Shown here: one piece after another, positions 15,549-26,589 of the stretch
Layout of the letters: every line of letters starts with the position of its first letter
Position numbering within the stretch: the first letter of the stretch is position 1
NCBI RefSeq assembly: GCF_963921235.1
Contig: NC_086108.1
Coordinates: 1,798,001 to 1,862,000, forward strand
Direction of reading: 5' to 3'
DNA from: Mobula hypostoma
Taxonomy: Eukaryota
Length of the DNA stretch: 64,000 bases
The notes under the pieces: model-generated
Databases searched by the model: none
What the model saw: only the letters and a program-made list of their open reading frames with translations
What the model was told of the DNA's origin: nothing
Translations under genes and position numbers: made by a program

Positions 15549-17024
15549 CATCAGCAGAGAGCCCCACCGCCCAGGCCATCGCTGCTGCCATCAGGAAGAG
15601 CCTCAGGACTCGCACCACCAGGTTCAAGAACAGTTAGTACCCGCTCAACCATCAAGCACTTGATTAAAAGGGGATAGCTGCACTCACTTGCTCCATCATT
15701 GAAATGTTCCTGCAATCTATAATCTCACTTTCAGGACTCTTTATTTCATTATCTCATATTCTCATAATTTATTGCTATTTATTTATCATCGCATTTATAC
15801 AGTTTGTTGTCTTCTGCACTCTGGTTGATCGTTCATTGATCCTGTTATAGCTACTATTCTATAGATTTGCTGAGTATGCCAACAGAAGAATGAATCTCAG
15901 GGTTGTACGTACATGGTGACATATACTGTATGTACTTTGGCAATAAAATTTACTTTGAACTTTAATAAATCAATTAACAAGCATTTCTTTTGTCAGAGAA
16001 TCAAAAACTAGGGACTAAGATATACAAGTCATCCTTATAAAACAATAGGAAACTTTATTAGAATGTGGAAGATGCTATGGCAAGAAGTTGACGCAGGTGA
16101 CTGACATACTTTCAAAGGGAAAGCAAACAAGAACAGGAATGGAAGTAGAGAGGTGAACAAAAAGAGATTCGTGTGATATAAAATTGCCGAGAGGACTATT
16201 TAGGCTAAATGGCCATTTCTGTTTCTAGTATTCCTGGCGGGGAAAACTCTCATGAATGTTTGACTCATCTGTGCATGTAATCCAAGTGACCACTCCTCAT
16301 ATAGGACTAGGCTCAGGCACAGGGTGCCCATGTGCAAGCATCAGCCGCTCACTCAATTTCCATTTCCATTGTGTGGTTTGGTGAACTTTTGTCTGATAAG
16401 CCCTCTGTGTAGCTGGAGGTTATACTACCCTAAAGGAGCTATATAATTGCAAGAATCTTTTTTAATATACAGTGGATTTCAGTTAAGTGGGACACACCAG
16501 GAACAGTACATTTTGGCCCAATTTAACAGCTGCCCTAATTAGCCAAAGTTTCATGGAAACAGTTAAAAAGTATAGCATAAAAAATGAGTATTAAACTTTT
16601 AGCTAAAATTAAACAAATTATGTATTTAAATGAACTTTTAATGAATTATGTATTCAAATGAAATACAAAACAAATTACAACACTATCAACACTACTGCAA
16701 TACTATAAAACTGTATTCGATCCTAACAGTTATCAACAGAGGAATTGTGAGCTGACCGAGTTATAAACTCAGTCAGCACCATGGGTACCAGCCTCCCCAG
16801 CATCCTCAAGGAGCGATGCCTCAAAAAGGTGGCATCCATCATTAAGGACCCCAACACCAAGATCATGCCCTCCTCGTTGCTGCCATTAGGGAGGAGGTAC
16901 AGGAGCCTGAAGGTACCCACTCAATGATTTTGAAACATCATCTTCCCTGCCATCAGATTTCTGAGTGGATTTCTGAACCCATGAACACGACCTGATGACA
17001 TAGATTGAGACATAGACATAGATA

Positions 17025-17700
17025 CAGTTGCAAGAAAAAGTTTGTGAACCCTTTGTAATTACCTACTTTTCTGCATTAATTACTCAAAAAATGTGGTCTG
17101 ATCTTCATCTAAATCACAATAATAGACAAACACAATCTGCATAATCTAACAACACATAAACAATTGTACTTTTCATGTCTTTATTGAACACATTGTTTAA
17201 CCATTCACAGTCCAGGCTGGAAAAAGTACGTGAATTCTTGTACTTAATAACTGGTAGAACCTCCTTTAGCAGCAATAACCTCCACCAAATGTTTCCTGTA
17301 GCTGCTGATCAGACTTGCACAATGGCGAGGAAGAATTTTAGACCATTCCTCCATATAAAACTGTTTCAGTTCATCAATATTTTTAGGATACCTTGCATGA
17401 ACAGCCCTCTTCTGGTCATGCCACAGCATCTCAATTGGGTTAAGGTCTGCACTCTGACTAAACCATTCCAAAACACTAATTTTTTTCTTTTTTAAAATAA
17501 TTCTGTTGTTGATTTACTTGTGTTTCAGATCATTGTCTTGTTGCATCATCCAACTTCTATTAAGCTTCAGGTGACAGACCGCGACCCTGATGTTCTCCTG
17601 TAAAATGTCTTGATAAAATTTTGAATTCATTCTTTCTTCACCTATTAGAAGCTGGCCAGGCCCTGAGGCAGCAAAGCTGCCCAAATCTTCCACCACACCA
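17025..17700 (-). mobile_element. Tc1 transposon 3' half (different family from 4050-5671), truncated at a microsatellite
   Basis: TA-CAGTTGCAAGAAAAAGTTTGTGAACCC TIR; QQDNDLKH and SADLNPIEMLW motifs. Confidence 0.85.
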
Positions 17701-17787
17701 GAGGGAGAGAGAGAGGGAGAAAGGGAGAGGGAGAAAGGGAGAGGGAGAGAAAGAGAGAGAAAAAGAGAGAGAGAGAAAAAAAGAGAA

Positions 17788-17862
<75 letters not shown>

Positions 17863-18023
17863 GAGAAAGAAAGAGAGAGAAAGAGAGAGAAAGAGAGAGA
17901 AAGAGAGAGAAAGAGAGAGAAAGAGAGAGAAAGAGAGAGAAAGAGAGAGAAAGAGAGAGAAAGAGAGAGAAAGAGAGAGAAAGAGAGAGAAAGAGAGAGA
18001 AAGAGAGAGAAAGAGAGAGAAAG

Positions 18024-18054
<31 letters not shown>

Positions 18055-18124
18055 GAGAAAGAGAGAAAGAGAGAGAGAAAAAGAGAGAGAGAGAAAAAGA
18101 AAAAGAGAGACACAGAGAGAGAGA
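17700..18124 (+). repeat. Polypurine (AG)n microsatellite with a (AAGAGAGAGA)n core
   Basis: About 410 nt of essentially only A/G; regular 10-bp period at about 17871-18050. Confidence 0.97.
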
Positions 18125-19557
18125 CAACTTGCTTCAAAAAGGCAACAATTATACCAGTGCCTAAGAAGAATAATGTAAACTCCCTTAGTCACTATCGCCC
18201 GGTAGCCCTCACATCTACAGTGATGAAATGCTTTCAGAGGTTGGTCATCACTAGACTGAACTCCTGCCTCAACAATTTGCCTATCGCCACAATAGGTCAA
18301 TGGCAGATACAATTTCAAAGGCTCTTCACAGGGCTTTAGACCACCTGGACAACACAAACACCTACGTCAGGATGCTGTTCATGGACTATAGCTCAGCATT
18401 TAATACCATCATTCCCACAATCCTGATTGAGAAGTTACAGACCTGGGCCTCTGTACCTCCCTCTGCAATTGGATCCTCAGCTTCCTAACCAGGAGACCAC
18501 AATTTGTGTGGATTGGTGATAACATCTTCCCCTCGCTGATGATCAACACTGGCGTACCTCAGGGGTCTGTGCTTAGCCCACTGCTCTACTCTCTCTATAC
18601 CCATCACTGCATGGCTAGGCTTAGTTCAAATACCATCTATAAACTTGCTGATGATACAACTATTGTTGGTAGAATCTCAGATGGTGACGAGAGGGTGTAC
18701 AGGAGTGAGATATGCCAACTAGTGGAGTGGTGTTGCAGTGACAACCTGGCACTCAACATCAGTAAGACGAAAGAGCTTCAGGAAGGGTAAGACGAAGGAA
18801 AACACACCAATCCTCATAGAGGGATCAGAAGTGGAGAGAGTGAGCAGTTTCAAGTTCCTGGGTGTCAACATCTTTGAGGATCTAAACTGGTCCCAACATA
18901 TCGACGTAGTCATAAAGAAGGCAAGACAGTGGCTATACTTCATTAGGGGTTTGAAGACATTTGGTATGTCAACAAATACACTCAAAAACTTCTATAGATG
19001 TACCGTGGAGAGCATTCTGACAGGCTGCATCACTGTCCAGTATGTGGGGGTGGGGGGAGCTACTGCACAGGACCGGAAGAAGCTGCAGAGAGTTGTAAAT
19101 TTAGTCAGCTCCATCTTGGGCACTAGCCTACAAAGTACCCAGGACATCTTCAAGGAGCGGTGTCTCAGAAAGGCAGTGTCCATTATTAAGGACCTCTAGC
19201 ACCCAGGGCATGCCCTTTTCTCACTGTTACCATCAGGTAGGAGGTACAGAAGCCTAAAGGCAAACACTCAGCGATTTAGGAACAGTTTCTTCCCCTCTGC
19301 CATCCAATTTCTAAATGGACATTGAACCCCTGGACACTACCTCACTTTTTTAATATAAATTATTTCTTTTTTTGCATGGTTTTTAATCTATTCAAAATAT
19401 GTATACTGTAATTGATTAATTAATTTATTTATTTATCATCATTATTTTATGTTTTTCTTCTCTTTCTTCTGTATTATGTATTGCATTCAACTGCTGCTGC
19501 TAAGCTAACAAATTTCACGAAACATGCCAGTGATAACAAACCTGCTTCTGGTTCTGA
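18125..19557 (+). mobile_element. Rex1/Babar-like LINE RT and 3' end, degraded
   Basis: [45 protein letters not shown] and LADDTTIVG motifs, with frameshifts. Confidence 0.87.
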
Positions 19558-21563
19558 AATACATGCCAACATTGCATTTATCTTCTTTACCACAGACTCA
19601 ATCTGTAAATTAACCTTCTGGGAGTCTTGCGAGGACTCCTAAGTCCCTCTGCACCTCTGATGTTTGAATGTTTTCCCCATTTTGACAGTAGTCCACACTA
19701 TTGTTCCTTTTTACCAAAATGCATTCCGTACATTTCCCAACACTGTATTCCATCTGCCACTTTTTCCCCATTCTTCCAATTTGTCTAGGTCCTGCTGCAA
19801 TCGCATTGCTTCCTCAGCACTACCTACCCCTCTACCTATCTTCACATCATCTACAAACTTTGCCACAAAGCCATCATTTCCATGATGCAAATCATTGACA
19901 AAGAATGTGAAAAGTAGCGGTCCCAATACTGACCCCTGACCACTATCATTAGCAGCCAACCAGAAAAGGCCCCTTTTATTCCTACACTACCTCACTTTTT
20001 TAATATATATATTACTTCTGTTTTTGCACAATTTTAATCTATTCAATATACGTATACTGTAATTGATTTACTTATTTAATATTATTTTTTGTTCTTCTAT
20101 ATTATGTATTGCAATGTACTGTTGCCAAATAACAAAGTTCATGGCATATGCCAGTGATATTAAAGCTGACTCCAGTGTACGCTGCTATGCTCTTTTGATT
20201 GACTGTACATGAACAAAATAATCACAGACACATGGTACAGATAATGGGCTATCTCCATACAATGCTATCGATGATTGCATCCTCCAAATCTTCGCTTTCC
20301 TTATAACATTCAAGATGACTGTGGATACCTTCAAACTCTTCATAGCTAACTTGAAGTAGTGAAATCATTTTATTTTCGCCCCCTACCATTTCTGACATAT
20401 CCAAGCATGAATGCTTGAAACTTCACTGAGCAAAACAGTTCTGAATTGTCTTACTGCTTATTTCTTGCCAGCTATCAGTGACAAAAATCACTGCTTTTTG
20501 AACACAAACACATGCAACTGACTATTTAAAAACTATTATTTAAATTGCTATTTAAAAAAAATGTTCGTTCTAAGCACAGAGTAGTGTCTAACAGCCCCGA
20601 AAGTGCACGTGATTGACGCTAGTTAGAAGCTGTTTGGCAAGTTTCCTGTCCCAATTAAGAGGTATAGTGTCCCAAATAAACAAAAGAAACTGGCTATTTT
20701 CTCAAATAGTTTCTGTTCTTTAACAGTTGTCCCAAGTGGCTGCCCCAATTGAATGATAGCTCAATCATTGGAAATCCCCTGTACATAATTCTTTACCTTT
20801 TATATAATGTTTTATTCTTTCTAATTGTTGAACGTTGATGTTTTTGTTGCACGTCATGCTCTGACCAACACTCCACAGCAAATTCCTAATACGTGTAAAA
20901 GTACACTCAGTGGCCACTTTACTAGGTACAGTTGTACACCCGCTTGTTAAAGCAATTATCTAATCAGCCAATCATGGGACAGCAATTCAATGCCTCAAAG
21001 CATGCAGACATGGTCAATAGGTTCAGTTGTTTCCCTGGCCAAATATCAGAATGAGGAAGAAATGTGATCCAAGTGACTATGACCATGGAAACATTGTTGG
21101 TGCCAGACAGAATGGTTTGAGTACCTCAGAAACTGATCTCCTGGGATGTTCATGCAGAACAGTCACCTAGAGTTTACAGGGAATGGTGCCAGCAACAAAA
21201 ACTGGTGCCAGAAACACTTTGTTAATGAGAGAGCTCAGAGAATGGCCAGACTGGTTCAAGCTAACAGGAAGGCGACAGTAACTCAAATAAGACCATAAAA
21301 CCATAAGATACAGGAGCAGAAATAGGCCACTTGCCTCATCAGGTCTGCTCCTCCATTTCATCATGGCTGATCCACTTCCCTTTCAGCCCCAATCTCCTGC
21401 CTTCTCCCCATATCTCTTTAGGCCCTGTCGATCAAGAATCTAATCAACTTTGGCCTTAAATATACCCAATGACTCGGCCTCCGCAGCTGCCTGTGGCACC
21501 ATAAATAAATAACTAGGCATTACAACAGTGGTGTGCACAAAAGCAACTCTGACCATACAACAC

Positions 21564-24500
21564 TTTTAGGAACTTCACTTCCTTTTGTACTATCTAAGTT
21601 GAATAAACAAATGGGTAATCCAATAGTTAAACATACATTGTGAATATGGTTTCAATTTCGTAAATTTTTTGGTTGGAACAAATTTATGTTATCAAGCCCT
21701 ATTATATCTAATTTCTTTTTTCAACCCTCCGTTATGGACTAAGCCTTTTTGATATGGAAAACGAAAGGTATTAAATGTTTTCGTGACTTATTTCTGGATA
21801 ACTGTTTCATGTCTTTTGAACAGTTATCTAAGAAATTCGATTTGCCTAGATCCCATTTTTTTTTTTAAAGACATTTACAAATAAAAAATTTTTTTAATAC
21901 TACGTTGCCTACCTTTCCGACTTCATACCCTACTGATATCACTGATAAAATTTTAGGTTTAAATCCTCTCCAGAAGGGATTAATAGAATTTATCTATGAT
22001 ATAATTATGAAATTACAGCCAGGTATATCTGATAAAATTAAAAATGAATGGGAAAGGGAACTTCAACTTTGTCTACCTATAGAGAAATGGGATAAAATTT
22101 TTCAAATAGTCGGTACTTCCTCTATATGTGCTAAACATACATTAATACAATTGAAAGTAGTGCATACAACCCATATGTCTAAAGATAAATTAGCCCATTT
22201 TTATTCCCATATAAACCCTATTTGTGACAGATGTCACTCTGAGATGGCTTCTTTAACTCATATGTTTTAACATAGAAACATAGAAACATAGAAAATAGGT
22301 GCAGGAGTAGGCCATTCGGCCCTTCGAGCCTGCACCGCCATTTATTATGATCATGGCTGATCATCCAACTCAGAACCCCGCCCCAGCCTTCCCTCCATAC
22401 CCCCTGACCCCTGTAGCCACAAGGGCCATATCTAACTCCCTCTTAAACATAGCCAATGAACTGGCCTCAACAGTTTCCTGTGGCAGAGAATTCCACAGAT
22501 TCACCACTCTCTGTGTGAAGAAGTTTTTCCTAATCTCGGTCCTAAATGGCTTCCCCTCTATCCTCAAACTGTGACCCCTCGTTCTGGACTTCCCCAACAT
22601 CGGGAACAATCTTCCTGCATCTAGCCTGTCCAATCCCTTTAGGATCTTATACGTTTCAATCAGATCCCCCCTCAATCTTCTAAATTCCAACGAGTACAAG
22701 CCCAGTTCATCCAGTCTTTCTTCATATGAAAGTCCTGCCATCCCAGGAATCAATCTGGTGAACCTTCTTTGTACTCCCTCTATGGCAAAGATGTCTTTCC
22801 TCAGATTAGGGGACCAAAACTGTACACAATACTCCAGGTGTGGTCTCACCAAGGCCTTGTACAACTGCAGTAGTACCTCCCTGCTCCTGTACTCGAATCC
22901 TCTCGCTATAAATGCCAGCATACCATTCGCCTTTTTCACCGCCTGCTGTACCTGCATGCCCACTTTCAATGACTGGTGTATAATGACACCCAGGTCTCGT
23001 TGCACCTCCCCTTTTCCTAATCGGCCACCATTCAGATAATAATCTGTTTTCCTATTTTTGCCACCAAAGTGGATAACTTCACATTTATCCACATTAAATT
23101 GCATCTGCCATGAATTTGCCCACTCACCCAACCTATCCAAGACTCCCTGCATCCTCTTAGCATCCTCCTCACTGCTAACACTGCCACCCAGCTTCGTGTC
23201 ATCCGCAAACTTGGAGATGCTGCTTTTAATTCCCTCATCCAAGTCATTAATATATATTGTAAACAACTGGGGTCCCAGCACTGAGCCTTGCGGTACCCCA
23301 CTAGTCACCGCCTGCCATTCTGAAAAGGTCCCGTTTATTCCCACTCTTTGCTTCCTGTCTGCTAACCAATTCTCCACCCACACCAATACCTTACCCCCAA
23401 TACCGTGTGCTTTAAGTTTGCACACTAATCTCCTGTGTGGGACCTTGTCAAAAGCCTTTTGAAAATCCAAATATACCACATCCACTGGTTCTCCCCTATC
23501 CACTCTACTAGTTACATCCTCAAAAAATTCTATGAGATTCGTCAGACATGATTTTCCTTTCACAAATCCATGCTGACTTTGTCCGATCATTTCACCGCTT
23601 TCCAAATGTGCTGTTATCACATCCTTGATAATTGACTCCAGCAGTTTCCCCACCACCGACGTTAGGCTAACCGGTCTATAATTCCCCGGTTTCTCTCTCC
23701 CTTCTTTTTTAAAAAGTGGGGTTACATTAGCCACCCTCCAATCCTCAGGAACTAGTCCAGAATCTAACGAGTTTTGAAAAATTATCACTAATGCATCCAC
23801 TATTTCTTGGGCTACTTCCTTAAGCACTCTAGGATGCAGACCATCTGGCCCTGGGGATTTATCTGCCTTCAATCCCTTCAATTTACCTAACACCACTTCC
23901 CTACTAACATGTATTTCACTCAGTTCCTCCATCTCACTGGACCCTCTGTCCCTTACTATTTCTGGAAGATTATTTATGTCCTCCTTAGTGAAGACAGAAC
24001 CAAAGTAATTATTCAATTGGTCTGCCATGTCCTTGCTCCCCATAATCAATTTTGGTCCTGTCCTCTCTTGGAAAAATATTGGGAAGATATTTTTGATATT
24101 ATCTCAACAGTTCTATGTTTTGATTTACAACCCCATCCTATTACGACAATTTTTGGATTGCCAATGGTAGAACATAGATCTTTTTCTTCTTCAGCCTGTC
24201 GGATGATAGCATTTGTTACTTTAATGGCCAGAAGATCCATTTTATTGAACAGGAAGGAGACCAATCCTCTTACTACATTCCAATGGTTTTCCCAAACTAT
24301 ATTATGTTTAAATTTAGAAAAAATTAGAAGTGATATTTTTGATCCTTCGGTTAAATTTGAAGAAACTTGGAAACCTTTTATGCAACATTTTCATATGATG
24401 TAATTTGACCTTTCGAAATCCTCTTTATTAACTTAAAATATATGAATAGAGGAGCGGAGTTGCCAACATTACTGAATGTATTCAATTTAAGATATTGGTC

Positions 24501-24778
24501 TAGCCCTGTTTTGTTCCGTTTACTTTTTTTGGGTTTAGTATTTATTTCTTCTTTTTCTTTTTTTGGGGGGGGGTTTCTTTGTATATATTTTTTTCTTTTT
24601 ATTTCTTTTTCTTCTTTATGATTAATTTCATCATGAGTTTGGAAGTCTATTATACCTATGCTATTTGAAATTTTTTTTGTATATGTTTATCAATAATAAG
24701 GTTATTCCAAACTCTTTGTATCAACACTGTTATTGTGTTTATAATTTTGAAAATTAATGAAAAGATTTAAAAGGAAAA
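21564..24778 (+). mobile_element. 5'-truncated L1/Tx1-clade LINE, split by the CR1 at 22269-24049
   Basis: 13-bp TSD GACCATACAACAC at 21551-21563 and 24779-24791. CDRCHSEMASLTHMF|WSCP reads through across the insertion; T-rich 3' UTR and A-rich tail. Confidence 0.88.
22269..24049 (-). mobile_element. Young 5'-truncated CR1 LINE with uninterrupted 559-aa RT ORF (22370-24049)
   Basis: KSPGPDG, NYRPVSLTS, YLDFQKAFDKV, GVPQGSVLGP, KFADDTKL and RPHLEYCVQFWSP with no stops; (TTCTATGT)n 8-mer tail at 22269-22295; TTTT at both junctions. Confidence 0.96.
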
Positions 24779-25256
24779 GACCATACAACACATCGAATGT
24801 TGAAGTGGATGAGCTGAAGGTCACACCGGGCCCCACTCCTGTACCTAATAAAGTGGCCACTGAGTGTATCTGGTGAATAAAGTCGATCTGTGATGAAGAA
24901 CGAACGATGCTGGAAACTCAGCTGTTGAGCAACATCAGTGGAAAGAAGCAGTTCCAACAAAGAGTCTTGGACTTGAAGCCAACTCTTATTTCACTTTCCA
25001 CAGATTCTGACTGTCCTGCTGAGGATTTCTAGAATGTTCTGTTTTCATTTCAGATTTCCAGCATCCACTGTTTTTGAACTTCATACATTGTTGTTTGACA
25101 AGGTCATAGATGAGTTCCATCCTCCCAGACCAAGGGCAGAAAGGGTAACCATAACCATAACCATGCAGACAAGGTCAGCTCACTCAGCACAGATTGTGCA
25201 GCCGCTGTAAAGTGAATACAGCTTTGGTGCTCATACAGTTCCAGTCACAAACTCAC

Positions 25257-25339
25257 CCCCTCTTGTATAAACCCAGCTCAACAGTTAAGTTCTTCACTCG
25301 TAGCTTCAACTTCCGCTCTGAGGCCTTTACCTCTTCAAG
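25257..25339 (-). CDS. CCDC61: CCDC61 coding exon (end of coiled coil; not in ORF track)
   Basis: LEEVKASERKLKLRVKNLTVELGLYKR(G), resembling the vertebrate CCDC61 LEE-KASER...LT-EL-LYKRG segment. Acceptor TTCTGCCCTCAG, donor GTGAGT; 83 nt, phase 0/2. Confidence 0.92.
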
Positions 25340-25419
25340 CTGAGGGCAGAATCAGAAAGAAAATGAACATTAATTCTACAAGGTCAACAAAGGTGCTACT
25401 GTTCTTTTTAAACATTTAT

Positions 25420-26122
25420 TTTTATAATTGCAAGATCCTGCTAGACCTCAACAACCTGAAGTACTGCAGGCCTACCCCCATCAGCGAGTTGCGCTTTGGC
25501 AGAGAAGCTGCAGGAACTGGACTTTGTGCTGTGTCAGAGACGAGTTGGCATACGAAGCAGATGTGAGGAGGAGTGACTGTCTTAGTCGTTTTTCCTGTGA
25601 TCGCAAGACCCTTTTTGACATTGTTAACGTGGAATTCGCTGATTTATTGGCGAACAGCAGGAGTGGACGGCAAGGGAGCAGCGTGGCCTCGGCCATAGCA
25701 AGAACTACGCTTCTAGCCGTGGTGTCTCCTGTTTACAACCACCAGCAGAGAGGCATTGAAGCTGGTGCGCTTGACCAGGTGCAGAGTGGCGTGGTGTGCA
25801 AGCTGGAGTTGGTGCTGCCCCCTCCACCCCCATCCCAGTACTCACTCGGCAGAAGACAAGCTGTATTGTGGTCGATTGCAGATTTTTGTTGGATTCATGG
25901 ACTCAGGGTCTGGACTACTTTTTTTTGCGTGGTTGCATTTTACTGATATCCTACATGTGCTTGCTATCTTATACATGCTGTCTTATGTGTGCATTGTGTT
26001 GTGTGACTGTTGGTACTATGTTCTGCATCTTGACCCTGGAATAACACTGTCTTGTTTGGCTGTATTCGTGGAAGTTTTCATGTATGGTTGAATGACAACT
26101 AAACTTGAATTGAATTGAATTT
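25420..26122 (+). mobile_element. Non-autonomous LINE-derived repeat (Rex1-like tail)
   Basis: TG-rich 3' region ending AATGACAACTAAACTTGAATTGAATTGAATT; related reverse-strand pieces near 33800-33910 and 50030-50100. Confidence 0.45.
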
Positions 26123-26589
26123 CGAGCTGACAACCTGGGCTCTTTGAGCAGAGTAGATTTGATAGCAATGTTCAAAATCATGGCCAGTTTGGAATAAATA
26201 AGACAACTGTTTCCAGTGGCAGAAGGGATAGAGACCAGAGAACATGGGTTTAGGAGGATGGGCAAAAGGATACATCATTACATCAATATATTTTTAAAAA
26301 TCTGTTGTGATTTTCTTCAGATTTCTAGCATCCAAGATACTTCTGTTGGCATGATCCTAATTGTGATCCAGAATGAACTGTATCAAACAGATCAGATAAA
26401 TAAGATAGGAGACACGAGACCACAGTGGCTAGAATCCTGGATTCATGGCAACCTCATATTCTGGCTGGGTAGACTCCATCCTGACAGCAAGAGCATCAAT
26501 TCTCTAAGTTCTTGTAATTCCTCCCTCTTCCTCTCTTTTCCTACTCCCCATTCTGGCTCCCCACCTGCCATTCACCTTCCTCCGATTGT

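Larger units (their letters stand above)
16470..20781 (-). mobile_element. Non-autonomous TA-flanked DNA transposon (pogo/Tigger-like TIR CAGTGGATT...) split by nested insertions
   Basis: TA-CAGTGGATTTCAGTTAAGTGGGAC at 16470 and ...GGAAATCCCCTG-TA at 20781. Segments 16470-16745 and about 20200-20781 are reverse-complement homologues of the copy at 31659-32815. Confidence 0.7.
20904..24866 (+). mobile_element. Internally deleted Tc1-family element hosting nested LINEs
   Basis: TIRs TA-CACTCAGTGGCCACTTTACTAGGTAC and GTACCTAATAAAGTGGCCACTGAGTG-TA; decayed N-terminal HTH coding remnant at about 21050-21190 (KCD-SDYDHGNIVGARQNGLS-SET). Confidence 0.8.

Noticed and set aside
17514..18357. Long ER/KR-rich and SL/FL-rich ORFs on both strands
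   Set aside because: Translation artefacts of the (AG)n microsatellite.
22370..24049. Domesticated or host reverse transcriptase gene
   Set aside because: 5'-truncated, carries a CR1 microsatellite tail and interrupts another LINE; youth explains the open frame.
25428..26091. Antisense protein-coding gene next to the CCDC61 exon
   Set aside because: No recognisable domain, overlapping frames, and the region ends in a LINE-type (TTGAA)n tail.
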